The translations under genes and the position numbers were made by a program. A stretch of 14,174 nt of DNA from Candidatus Babelota bacterium (lineage in GTDB: Bacteria; Babelota; Babeliae; Babelales; RVW-14), in contig JABCZU010000031.1 in NCBI GenBank assembly GCA_013289515.1, positions 1 through 14,174 of the forward strand. Reading direction: 5' to 3'. Shown piece by piece: positions 1-7,892 of the stretch. Position 1 is the first letter of the stretch; each line of letters begins with the position of its first letter. The notes beneath the pieces are model-generated. The model worked only from the letters and a program-made list of their open reading frames with translations. It did no database searches and was not told the origin of the DNA.

Positions 1-178
1 CAATAAGGGCTGTCTCGCCATGCGTCAGCGTATTACCTTCTAAGGCATTTGACGTGAACGTTAGGGCAATGCGCCGCCATTCATATAAATTTTTGGTCAG
101 GGCAGGCGGCAGCGGCATATGCCGGTCAAGTTGCTCCTTTTTAGCCGTTATACGTTGCAACATGGATTCTATAGTCAT
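1..178 (-). CDS. Fic/DOC family protein, N-terminal portion; the gene continues beyond the window start
   Basis: Minus-strand translation from the ATG at 178..176 gives MTIESMLQRITAKKEQLDRHMPLPPALTKNLYEWRRIALTFTSNALEGNTLTHGETALI with no stop before the window edge. The segment TFTSNALEGNTLTxGET matches the conserved N-terminal helix motif (TSNAIEGNTLT) of Fic-family proteins. It is absent from the ORF track because no stop codon lies inside the window. The catalytic HPFxxGNGR motif would lie outside the window, so it is unseen. Confidence 0.5.
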   Translation of the reverse strand, partial: MTIESMLQRITAKKEQLDRHMPLPPALTKNLYEWRRIALTFTSNALEGNTLTHGETALI

Positions 179-449
179 AACAGTCCCTTTTTTGTCGTTT
201 TCTTTAAAAAATCGCCCAATTGTGCCACGGGTAGCGCACAATGCTTTTTTGTGCTACGCTGTGTACTAATTAACAGTGGATCCTGAAACAAGTTCAGGAT
301 GACAAAAAATCAGGAAGAATACACACCAGCACCCTACATCTTATCACACATTCGGTGTCCGTGATAAGTCTCACGTAATAAGTCCCATATGAAATTTGAT
401 CTTGTTTTCAGTGACTGAAATGTAAAAAAATAGTCGATGGTCCTACCAG

Positions 450-481
450 GACGTCGTCCCCGCGAAGGCGGGGATCCAGGC
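450..481. repeat. Left terminal inverted repeat GACGTCGTCCCCGCGAAGGCGGGGATCCAGGC; contains the internal hairpin CCCCGC-GAAG-GCGGGG
   Basis: Direct reading. Its reverse complement matches 823..854 at 31 of 32 positions. The internal 6-bp stem is GC-rich. Confidence 0.8.
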
Positions 482-502
482 CATCCTCATAAAAATACCA
501 TC

Positions 503-823
503 ATGAAAACCTTCTATGTGTATATCACCAGCTCTCAGAAAAATGGCACACTTTATATTGGTGTCACAAATGATTTATCTCGTCGCATGCATGCGCATAA
601 GAATAAGCTTGTTGTAGGCTTTACTGCAAAATATTCGGTACATAATCTTGTTTATTATGAAGCCTTTGAGTCGATAGTTGCTGCTATTCAAAGAGAAAAA
701 CAACTCAAAAAGTGGAATCGGGCTTGGAAACTACGCCTTATTGAAGAAATGAACCCGAAGTGGAAAGACTTGAGTGTAGATAGTCCTTCTGAAGAGGATT
801 TTGAGGATTTTATTGAAATATAG
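503..823 (+). CDS. GIY-YIG nuclease family protein (small UPF0213/YhbQ-like, about 106 aa)
   Basis: MKTFYVYITSSQKNGTLYIGVTNDLSRRMHAHKNK...YYEAF...AIQREKQLKKWNRAWKLRLIEEMNPKWKDL contains the YVY / YIGVT / R...H / REKQLKKW(N)R...K signature of the GIY-YIG domain. The tracked ORF starts at 437, but residues 1-22 (MVLPGRRPREGGDPGHPHKNTI) are translated from the palindromic repeat. The start at the internal ATG 503 is preferred. Confidence 0.85.
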   Translation: MKTFYVYITSSQKNGTLYIGVTNDLSRRMHAHKNKLVVGFTAKYSVHNLVYYEAFESIVAAIQREKQLKKWNRAWKLRLIEEMNPKWKDLSVDSPSEEDFEDFIEI

Positions 824-854
824 CCTGGATCCCCGCCTCCGCGGGGACGACGTC
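823..854. repeat. Right terminal inverted repeat GCCTGGATCCCCGCCTCCGCGGGGACGACGTC
   Basis: Reverse complement of 450..481 with a single A/G difference in the hairpin loop. Confidence 0.8.
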
Positions 855-946
855 GTAGAGAGTGGATTACCAAAGAAAAGCGTCCATTTATCTTTGTTGA
901 CGCCTAATGAAATAGCATTTTGAATTAATTTATGAAAGGATCAACA

Positions 947-1552
947 ATGCTTACAGATATAATCAACCTATTCCACGAGGCTGGAAATACCATCTTTTGG
1001 GCTAGCGCCACCGCCGGCACAACCCTTTTCGCCCTACGCATGCTCACGGCCCTCTTTGGCAGCGCGCTTGATGTCGACGATATGGATGCCGATTCATTTG
1101 AGGCAGGCGATGACCATCATCACGAGGCTTCTTCGTTTAAGCTATTCAGCCTTCACTCCATAGCAGGTTTTTTCATGATGTTTGGTTGGGTAGGCCTTGC
1201 ATGCACACAGCAATTTGCGATGCCCTATGGAAACGCTTTCTTGCTAGCATTTATAGCCGGCGCTGGTACAATGCTGCTGACCGCCTGTATTTTTAGAGGC
1301 GCCTTGCTACTGGAAGGGCCTGGCTCAATCTTTAGAATCGAAAAAACTATTGGCCTTGTTGGCACGGTGTACCAACGAATTCCCGCTCACGGCCAGGGAA
1401 AAGTTCATCTTATGATCAACGGTGTAACGCGTGAGTTACTAGCCCAATCACACGACAATAAACCGATTGAATCATTTGCGTTAGTTGAAGTGGTTAACGT
1501 TGTTGACCATGAAATTGTTGAAGTTATTGCTACAGGAAAGGATAAAGCATGA
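947..1552 (+). CDS. NfeD-like / YqiJ-type membrane protein (N-terminal TM helices, C-terminal OB-fold NfeD domain)
   Basis: Hydrophobic segments (IFWASATAGTTLFALRMLTALFG; IAGFFMMFGWVGLA; AFLLAFIAGAGTMLLTACIF) are followed by a C-terminal GKVHLMINGVTRELLAQ...ESFALVEVVNVVDHEIVEVIA beta-rich segment typical of the NfeD short form. The gene is translationally coupled to the SPFH gene through an ATGA overlap. The start at 947 is preferred over 932 because AAAGGA lies 6 nt upstream of 947. Confidence 0.75.
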   Translation: MLTDIINLFHEAGNTIFWASATAGTTLFALRMLTALFGSALDVDDMDADSFEAGDDHHHEASSFKLFSLHSIAGFFMMFGWVGLACTQQFAMPYGNAFLLAFIAGAGTMLLTACIFRGALLLEGPGSIFRIEKTIGLVGTVYQRIPAHGQGKVHLMINGVTRELLAQSHDNKPIESFALVEVVNVVDHEIVEVIATGKDKA

Positions 1553-2874
1553 TTAACTTCGTACTCCTCAGTATCTTTTTATTAACACTTTTTGTATTTT
1601 TTACTTTTGGCTTTTTAGCCAATTGTTACCGCCGATGCCCATCTAACAGAGTACTGGTTGTCTTTGGTCGATTGACCGGCGGCCGGTCTGCCAAGTGCTA
1701 CCACGGTGGTGGTGCATTCGTCTGGCCCCTGATTCAGGATTATCATTATCTTGATCTAACGCCTATGACGATTCATATTCCACTTAAATCGGCACTGTCG
1801 CTGCAAAACATTCGTATCAACGTGCCTAGCACCTTTACTATCGCAATGGATACGACACCTGAATCAATGAATAATGCGGCCGTACGTTTGCTCTCACTGT
1901 CTCCAAAGGATATTGAGTCAATGGCAACTGAATTGATCATCGGTCAGCTACGTTTAACCGTTGCTTCGCTGCGCATTGAAGAGATCAACCAAGACCGTGA
2001 ACGCTTCTTGTTTGAGATCAGGAAACACATCGAACCGGAGCTGAAAAAGGTTGGTCTGATGCTGCTGAACGTTAACATTACCGACATAACTGATGAATCA
2101 GGCTATATTGAAAGCATTGGACGCAAGTCGGTCTCAACCGCGCTTAACCAAGCTAAAGTTGACGTGGCTGAGCAGGAAAAGCGTGGCGACATTGGACGCG
2201 CTCAAGCAGAAAAGGAACGCCGCATCCAAGTTGCTAGCCATAATGCAGAGGCTGTGCAAGGTGAGAATGAGGCCAAGGGCCGCATTGCTAACGTTAACGC
2301 CCAATTAATTGAACAAGAGGCAGAAGCAGACAGACGCGCTAAGACGGCTCAGCAACATTCGTATGCTGAAATCAACGTAGCCAAGAGTGCTGCTGAAACC
2401 AAACGTCTTGAGGCTGAAGAGATTGTGCCTAAAGAGATCGGCAAGCGTAAAATAGAGATTGATGCTCATGCCGATGCAGAAAAGCAAAAGATTGATGCGT
2501 ATGCAAAAGCAGCATCTATTCTGGCTGTAAAAGAGGCTGAAGCCCAAGGTATCCTGCAGACGCTTAAGGCAAAAGCTGATGGTTATAGAATGCTGGTTGA
2601 TGCCTGCTCTGCCAACGCGCAAGATGCTGCCACTATGCTTATGATCGAAAAGATGGAAGAGATCGTTAAGCTGCAAACTGAGGCGATCAGGAATATCAAG
2701 ATTGATAAAATTACGGTATGGGATAGCGGTAATGGCGAAAACAGTAGCTCAACTGCTAACTTTATGAGTAACATGATCAAGTCACTGCCACCGCTGCATG
2801 AAGTTGCTGCAATGTCTGGCATTAAGCTGCCTGATTACTTGGGTAATCTTGAGAAGGACACTAGTGCACGGTAA
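1549..2874 (+). CDS. Flotillin-like SPFH/band-7 domain protein (YqiK/FloT type)
   Basis: An N-terminal TM (MINFVLLSIFLLTLFVFFTFGFLA) is followed by an SPFH-like core (RVLVVFGR...GGGAFVWPLIQ...). Then comes a long E/A/K-rich coiled-coil region with repeated AEQEKR / AQAEKERR / EAEADRRAKTAQQ segments characteristic of flotillins. There is an SD-like GGAAAGGA 6 nt upstream. The 4-nt overlap with the NfeD gene mirrors the known yqiJ-yqiK / yuaF-floT arrangement. Confidence 0.87.
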   Translation: MINFVLLSIFLLTLFVFFTFGFLANCYRRCPSNRVLVVFGRLTGGRSAKCYHGGGAFVWPLIQDYHYLDLTPMTIHIPLKSALSLQNIRINVPSTFTIAMDTTPESMNNAAVRLLSLSPKDIESMATELIIGQLRLTVASLRIEEINQDRERFLFEIRKHIEPELKKVGLMLLNVNITDITDESGYIESIGRKSVSTALNQAKVDVAEQEKRGDIGRAQAEKERRIQVASHNAEAVQGENEAKGRIANVNAQLIEQEAEADRRAKTAQQHSYAEINVAKSAAETKRLEAEEIVPKEIGKRKIEIDAHADAEKQKIDAYAKAASILAVKEAEAQGILQTLKAKADGYRMLVDACSANAQDAATMLMIEKMEEIVKLQTEAIRNIKIDKITVWDSGNGENSSSTANFMSNMIKSLPPLHEVAAMSGIKLPDYLGNLEKDTSAR

Positions 2875-2920
2875 AGATGGGCTGAACCCCTTTTGGCAAA
2901 CATTTTGAGGTAGCCTTAAT

Positions 2921-3016
2921 GGCGCTCATGGTGAGCTTGTCGAACCATTTGAGTGCCTAAAGAGAGCCTATTTTTTGGCGCTCATATCCTTCGACAAGCT
3001 CAGGACGAGCGCCAGC
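2921..3016. repeat. Structured intergenic element: long imperfect inverted repeat with an internal direct repeat, between convergent genes
   Basis: TGGCGCTCatggtGAGCTTGTCGAA (2923..2947) pairs with TTCGACAAGCTCaggacGAGCGCCA (2990..3014) as 8-bp plus 12-bp stems. The direct repeat GGCGCTCAT occurs twice, and a T6 run lies inside. The motifs AGATGGGCTG (2875) and CTGTCGAAGGGA (3037) recur at 13494 and 12412. Confidence 0.4.
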
Positions 3017-3068
3017 GAGTAGTTTATCCTGGGCCCTGTCGAAGGGAGCGCCGTATCAGCCCGCCCCT

Positions 3069-4337
3069 TTAGCTATTCGCCTCATCAAGCACAAAATTCC
3101 ACAACTGCAGCCCACCCTTATGATCCCCTGTAATAAGAGAACCATGTGGACCGGGTATTATATCCATAATCTTTGCTTCATGCTCATGCGTATGCAGGCA
3201 GCGGCCCGTTTCAAAATCATATATTTTAAAAAGCCCATCCTTTTCCATTGTAAATGCAATAACATAACGCTCTAACCAGGATTTAAGCCTTGGTTTGTTT
3301 AAGCCTGTTTTTATTGTACGACAATGACGCATCGTATCCATATCCCAAACATCAAGATCACCGACAGTATTAGCTAAGATAATATAATCTGTGCCCTGAT
3401 AATAGTATAATGAGCTACCGCGAACGTAATCAGGTATGGTGACACTGGCAATGGGCGACTCAGTTAAGGCTTGCAGACCCCATTTTACCATGGTCCCTGA
3501 CTTACTCAGCACTATAAAATAATGATTATTGTGGCTTACAATAAGTTCAAACGGTCGTTCACCAACAATGGACGTATGAGCTTTTGTACGTATAAAAGGA
3601 GTTCTTAGCATCTGCCTATACGAGCCCGTCTTAAGATTGAGAACATGCACATAAAATTCTTTAACCATTTCTTCATACGAAAAGGTATTAATCCCACTTT
3701 CCAGCGTACCAACCAATAGATGTGGCTCATTATCAATAAGCACAAGCCGACAATCAATGGGCGCATCAGCTCCAAGCCGATAGAAATACTCTGCTACCAC
3801 GTGATGTTTAACATCCCATACACTAACCATTTTTGTTTTTTTGCCTGTGGTTAAAAGTAAATGTTGCCCAAAACTACCAAACGGATAATAGATAATGCGT
3901 CCCATTGACCAACGGGTGCTGTAGGCATTTTCTATCTTGTGCAATAGCTCTAATGTATGGGCATCAAAGATCGTAATGGCATTATCACCACCAAGCGTCA
4001 CTATTACAGGCTTATCATCACAATCAGCCATAACACAAAACTCTCTACCGCCGCTTAACGTAGAAATCGTACGTTGTGAAGGTATATGCCACATAGTAAG
4101 GCGTAAATCTAGATCTTGTACAGCAACATGCTCTCCGTCTGAAAGCATCGCCATAGCCCCTATTGCAGAACCATGGCCACCTTTACCAATCCTGACCTCA
4201 CTTGCCAAGGTAAGCTTGCCATGCGCAATAGCATGAAGCTGCTGTTCATGGGTTGGTATCGATACCATACCGCATAAAAAATGTATATTTACTACAAGAA
4301 GAACACCTACGATCTTGGCAATAACAGAATACGCCAC
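3069..4337 (-). CDS. WD40-like beta-propeller repeat protein with N-terminal signal anchor
   Basis: GTG start with GAGGGGA 5 nt upstream. The N-terminal hydrophobic segment is VIAKIVGVLLVVNIHFLCGMV. Recurrent WD-type strands occur (KMVSVWDVK; GDLDVWDMDT; HGSLITGDHKGGLQLWNF; NAITIFDAHT), consistent with a 6-7-bladed propeller. Confidence 0.7.
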   Translation of the reverse strand: MAYSVIAKIVGVLLVVNIHFLCGMVSIPTHEQQLHAIAHGKLTLASEVRIGKGGHGSAIGAMAMLSDGEHVAVQDLDLRLTMWHIPSQRTISTLSGGREFCVMADCDDKPVIVTLGGDNAITIFDAHTLELLHKIENAYSTRWSMGRIIYYPFGSFGQHLLLTTGKKTKMVSVWDVKHHVVAEYFYRLGADAPIDCRLVLIDNEPHLLVGTLESGINTFSYEEMVKEFYVHVLNLKTGSYRQMLRTPFIRTKAHTSIVGERPFELIVSHNNHYFIVLSKSGTMVKWGLQALTESPIASVTIPDYVRGSSLYYYQGTDYIILANTVGDLDVWDMDTMRHCRTIKTGLNKPRLKSWLERYVIAFTMEKDGLFKIYDFETGRCLHTHEHEAKIMDIIPGPHGSLITGDHKGGLQLWNFVLDEANS

Positions 4338-4430
4338 GCTAATCCCCTCTAAGCTCTAGAAAAAGTACAGCCTTGTCCATGGCATATAGTACCAAGTTTG
4401 GGGGGTGTACGCCTAGAATATCAAGGGAAG

Positions 4431-5678
4431 CTATGGCATAACCCTTGGTAATAAGGGATTGATGCGGGTTACAACCTCATAGTTAATGGTGTTACAGTGG
4501 CGAGCAAGATCATCGGCAGTAATCCCTTCATGGTTGCCAAGGAGCGTTACCTCATCGCCAACCTGTGCCGCAAGATTGGTCACATCAATCATAGTCAAAT
4601 TCATGCAGACCCTACCAATAATAGGGGCTAACACACCCCGCACCAGCACACACCCTCGATTAGAAAGTTCACGATCATAGCCATCCCAATAGCCAACCGG
4701 GATGGTTGCCACCGTAGCAGCATGCTGAACTTGATGCGTTCTGTCATAACCAATAAAGCTATGAGCAGGCACCTGCTGCACATGTATAATGCTGGTTTTC
4801 CACGACATCGCCGGTTTAAGCGAAAATGTAGGATGGTATTGCTGCGTTATGAGTCTATTTTCTTGAGAAGGCCACAGCCCATAAATGCCAATGCCACTAC
4901 GCACCATGGTGTGGTGACTGGGGCGATGAGCCGTTGCAGCGGCAGAGCATGATGTATGCCTGAGAGGAATAGTAATGCCCCGCATTTCAAGAGCGGCCAG
5001 CACCGCATCGAACTGCGCAAGCTGATGATGCGCAAAGCTGGTGTCGGCACATTCAGAATCAGCCAGATGGGTAAAGATGCCTTTAATCACTAAATGCGAA
5101 AGTAATAATAATTCTTGTATGCATGATACGGCGTCTTCAACCCTCAGTCCTAGCCTTGACAGGCCTGTATCAATCTTGACATGAACGACAACTTTTTTAT
5201 TAAGACTGCGCGCAATGGTATTCAAGTGTGTGGCGGTCGCAACGTTGTACACGCACACTTCAATATCATGTTCTATGCTGGCTTTGAGATGATCGAGCAC
5301 AATGCTCAGCACAAAAATTGGTTTTGTAATACCAAGCATCCGCAGCACAAGTGCTTCATTGGTACTGACAACGCAGAGCATATCTACTGCACTGCTCTGC
5401 TGGCACACCTGCGCAACGACCTCTAGGCCATGCCCATACGCATTGCCTTTGATTACGGGAGCAAAAAGTGCGGGCGTTACAATATTTTTATAGGCAGTAA
5501 GATTATGCTCCAACGCTGCCCTGTCAATCTCAACCCAGCTTGATGTTGCTTGGGTATAGGCGTAGGTTGAACGAGCGCCTTCTTGCGGTGCTGAGTTGCG
5601 GTCGTAGTGGGGTAGTGTAGCCCCACTATCATCTACAATGCGATCAACATCACCATGATCAATTACCGGCTCTATCAC
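4431..5678 (-). CDS. alr: Alanine racemase
   Basis: A PLP-lysine motif APVIKGNAYGHG is present. It is collinear with Alr throughout (VEIDRAALEHNL near the N-terminus, SGIGIYGLWPS, GRVCMNLTMIDVT...GDEV.LLG...TINYEVVTRI...RV). The tracked ORF begins at GTG 5678 and has about 45 residues upstream of the usual Alr N-terminus. No in-frame ATG/GTG/TTG exists downstream before the conserved core, so the true start is uncertain. Confidence 0.88.
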   Translation of the reverse strand: MIEPVIDHGDVDRIVDDSGATLPHYDRNSAPQEGARSTYAYTQATSSWVEIDRAALEHNLTAYKNIVTPALFAPVIKGNAYGHGLEVVAQVCQQSSAVDMLCVVSTNEALVLRMLGITKPIFVLSIVLDHLKASIEHDIEVCVYNVATATHLNTIARSLNKKVVVHVKIDTGLSRLGLRVEDAVSCIQELLLLSHLVIKGIFTHLADSECADTSFAHHQLAQFDAVLAALEMRGITIPLRHTSCSAAATAHRPSHHTMVRSGIGIYGLWPSQENRLITQQYHPTFSLKPAMSWKTSIIHVQQVPAHSFIGYDRTHQVQHAATVATIPVGYWDGYDRELSNRGCVLVRGVLAPIIGRVCMNLTMIDVTNLAAQVGDEVTLLGNHEGITADDLARHCNTINYEVVTRINPLLPRVMP

Positions 5679-5882
5679 CTTGATGTCCCATCAATACCAA
5701 CCTGTGGTTGTATTACACATTTTCTCTTCCCAAACGACTCCTTCATTTTCCACTTCTGCAAAGGAAAGTCAACAGGTGTATCATTTTTTTAATAGCAAAG
5801 TCTTGCACGATCATCCTTGTTCTTGGATACACTAAAAATCTGTTGTTGGTTGTATTATGATTACCTTAAACGGAGCGCAGAT

Positions 5883-6785
5883 ATGTTGAAGTACAAAAGG
5901 AGCCTATGCAGTACGCTGTTGCTAATGCTAGTGGCCACCTGCACATCTCATGGTTCAATGACGGAGTCTAACCAGAGCGACCAGGAGGATGACTTTACTG
6001 CAGAATGGTATGATCACGCATTGTTGGCATTACCTGATCTATCTGATCATACACTCATGCAGCATGCTAACAGCATGGCCGCTCATAATGCTGTTAATAA
6101 TCATGACTATGCCATGCTGAGCCACGCGTGCATTTTTGACCTCGCAAGCCTGGACACTCTTGATAGTGCAGGCAATAAACCAATCCATAAGGCTGTCGCA
6201 TTAAATGATCAACGCATTGTAAGCAGATTATTAATGGAAGACATAGTAATAAATTTCCCCAATGCTGCTGGCGTTACACCATTATTGTATGCGGCATATA
6301 ATAATAATCATGCTATTGCCATCGATCTATTAGACTACGGAAATGCATACCCAACGGCACAAAATTTTTTGGGGCAGATGGCCCTACACCGGTTTGCCTA
6401 CCATGGCAATACTGTTGCCGTACAAGCGTTGTGTCAGGCCTACAGAAAAATAGCACCGGCATATGTTGCCATCTTACTAGATGAGCCTGATGCTCAAGGA
6501 TGGACGGCGCTTCATTATGCGGCGGCGATGGGACATGGAGATCTTGTGGACATGCTTATTAGTGACGGCGCTCATGCCGACAAACCTGACCATGCAGGTA
6601 AAACACCGCTATGGCTGGCCGTTAATGCCGGTCATGAATCAACCGTACGTGCACTGATTGGTGCCGGAGCACAGGTCTTTAAGGATTTTGGTAGCAATGT
6701 GCATCCGCTGGCATGCGCAGAGCAAAAGGGATACAACGTCATCGCCGATATGCTGTATCAGGCGTTAGTAGTTGGATCGGCTTAA
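5883..6785 (+). CDS. Ankyrin-repeat protein with Sec-type signal peptide
   Basis: The internal ATG 5883 has GGAG 7 nt upstream. The signal-peptide-like N-terminus is MLKYKRSLCSTLLLMLVATCTSHG. There are at least 5 ANK units (GNKPIHKAVALNDQRIVSRLL; GVTPLLYAAYNNNHAIAIDLLDYG; GQMALHRFAYHGNTVAVQAL; GWTALHYAAAMGHGDLVDMLISDGA; GKTPLWLAVNAGHESTVRALIGAGA). Confidence 0.85.
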   Translation: MLKYKRSLCSTLLLMLVATCTSHGSMTESNQSDQEDDFTAEWYDHALLALPDLSDHTLMQHANSMAAHNAVNNHDYAMLSHACIFDLASLDTLDSAGNKPIHKAVALNDQRIVSRLLMEDIVINFPNAAGVTPLLYAAYNNNHAIAIDLLDYGNAYPTAQNFLGQMALHRFAYHGNTVAVQALCQAYRKIAPAYVAILLDEPDAQGWTALHYAAAMGHGDLVDMLISDGAHADKPDHAGKTPLWLAVNAGHESTVRALIGAGAQVFKDFGSNVHPLACAEQKGYNVIADMLYQALVVGSA

Positions 6786-6786
6786 T

Positions 6787-7824
6787 CTAAATAGAAAAAG
6801 GCCGCTGATCATGAGCACTAGAAAAGCCTCTGGTTGCATGGCCGCTAGCTGCCGTCGGCGATGATAATGAATGCCGCTTTGAAGATTCGCCTACAACAGC
6901 AAAGATCGGATCTTCGTCATCAAGCTCCTGGGTATAGATAACACCTAATGCTGCGCCAATAGATCTATTGCTACCGCTTTCAAGTTCAACGGCATTAGCA
7001 TTAATAGTACGCCCGGTAAAAGGACATACCCCTGCTTGGAATAAATCTTGTACATACCTACAAAGCGTCACCACATCGTCATGGTCGTATTGATCAAGGT
7101 CAACAAGATCAATAACAACCCCGTACGTGCCATCACCCTCATCAGACGCATAGACGCTAAAAGGCACAGCCGCTTTCTGCTGACCGGTTAGCTCTTGCAA
7201 CGATGCTTCGTACGATTGATCCAAAAATATCTCTTTTATAATAAACAGCAGATCTCCTTGACGAGAAAAATGTATAACCATTGGGGAAAACTCTTGTATT
7301 GACCGACACTCCTCAAGAATTTCATGTAATTTTGTATTGCAATTTTCAGTACAAACACTGTTTTCTAAAAAATCTGGGGCATACTCAACAACGCTGCAAT
7401 GCGCAAGAAGCTGCTCATGCGATAATAGAGCGGTCTCTAGGCTGGCTTGTAATGGCTTACGAGAAAAGAATTGCTGGTACGTATAATTTATAATATTTCT
7501 GGCATGGTCCGTAGTGGTATACGAAACACTATCCAAAATCATCTTATAGCCACGCTTCTTATTTTTTTCTATAAAGGGTCGTACATGACATCTCAGTTGT
7601 GCCCGGGGACCACACGTATGCCTGCCTTTTCCCTCGCTACCGTGCACGTCAACAATAAAACAATCCTTTCCATGGCCACGCACTGTATAAAGATTGTTCA
7701 AGATGTTTTTTTGGCAAAGAACATGGTCATAGACATCATCATGCCCTTCCTGGTTATTCATACCATTCAGACAAGGAGCTGCGACAAAAAGACTAACCAA
7801 TAAGGCCTTAACAAAAGATTGCAT
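6787..7824 (-). CDS. Hypothetical secreted protein (signal peptide, no recognisable domain)
   Basis: The N-terminus MQSFVKALLVSLFVAAPCLNG is signal-peptide-like. The ORF is 345 aa with no motif I can assign. Its stop is 1 bp from the convergent ankyrin gene stop, and it lies 68 bp downstream of the preceding minus-strand ankyrin gene, so it may be co-transcribed. Confidence 0.55.
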   Translation of the reverse strand: MQSFVKALLVSLFVAAPCLNGMNNQEGHDDVYDHVLCQKNILNNLYTVRGHGKDCFIVDVHGSEGKGRHTCGPRAQLRCHVRPFIEKNKKRGYKMILDSVSYTTTDHARNIINYTYQQFFSRKPLQASLETALLSHEQLLAHCSVVEYAPDFLENSVCTENCNTKLHEILEECRSIQEFSPMVIHFSRQGDLLFIIKEIFLDQSYEASLQELTGQQKAAVPFSVYASDEGDGTYGVVIDLVDLDQYDHDDVVTLCRYVQDLFQAGVCPFTGRTINANAVELESGSNRSIGAALGVIYTQELDDEDPIFAVVGESSKRHSLSSPTAASGHATRGFSSAHDQRPFSI

Positions 7825-7892
7825 AGTGGCGTTCCCATTAATGTTGGTGTATTAAAATTTTGTACATAGGACCTATTATAATAACAAATTCT

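Larger units (their letters stand above)
450..854. mobile_element. Compact cassette bounded by terminal inverted repeats, carrying a single GIY-YIG nuclease gene
   Basis: Two 32-bp inverted repeats (450..481 and 823..854) are reverse complements of each other with one mismatch. They bracket exactly one small GIY-YIG ORF, and the gene's stop codon TAG (821..823) abuts the right repeat. Mobility is inferred only. Confidence 0.45.

Noticed and set aside
54-269. 71-aa plus-strand ORF
   Set aside because: It overlaps, on the opposite strand, the Fic-family reading frame that runs to the window edge, and it has no recognisable features. It is judged spurious.
282-302. Hairpin ATCCTGAA-acaag-TTCAGGAT, with nearby CTTATCAC...GTGATAAG (340..368) and TTTCAG-tga-CTGAAA (399..413)
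   Set aside because: These are real inverted repeats in the Fic upstream region, but with no T run or conserved context. They could be operators, yet they are too speculative to list as features.
437-502. N-terminal 22 residues of the tracked GIY-YIG ORF (MVLPGRRPREGGDPGHPHKNTI)
   Set aside because: They are translated from the left terminal inverted repeat. The conserved GIY-YIG N-terminus begins at the internal Met (503).
688-873. 61-aa minus-strand ORF
   Set aside because: It is antisense to the GIY-YIG gene and begins inside the right inverted repeat (RRRPRGGGDPG is the palindrome translated). It is an artifact.
2093-2822. Three ORFs (2093..2308 plus, 2305..2676 minus, 2583..2822 minus) inside the flotillin gene
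   Set aside because: They are embedded in or antisense to a well-supported SPFH/flotillin frame. Low-complexity coiled-coil coding DNA commonly yields such shadow ORFs.
2875-2900. Possible rho-independent terminator after flotillin (GGGCTGAACCCC then TTTT)
   Set aside because: The stem is only about 3 bp. The same motif recurs at 13494 followed by an A run, so it looks like a repeat-family motif rather than a terminator.
3937-5493. Short plus-strand ORFs (3937..4236, 4486..4680, 4722..4952, 5181..5426, 5302..5493) and the minus-strand 4847..5050
   Set aside because: They are antisense or out-of-frame shadows within the WD40 and alanine racemase genes.
5817-5882. Upstream extensions of tracked ORFs (5817..5882, 10708..10746, 10993..11058, 12848..13009, 932..946)
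   Set aside because: In each case an internal ATG with a good Shine-Dalgarno motif, and a signal peptide or conserved family N-terminus beginning there, is the more plausible start.
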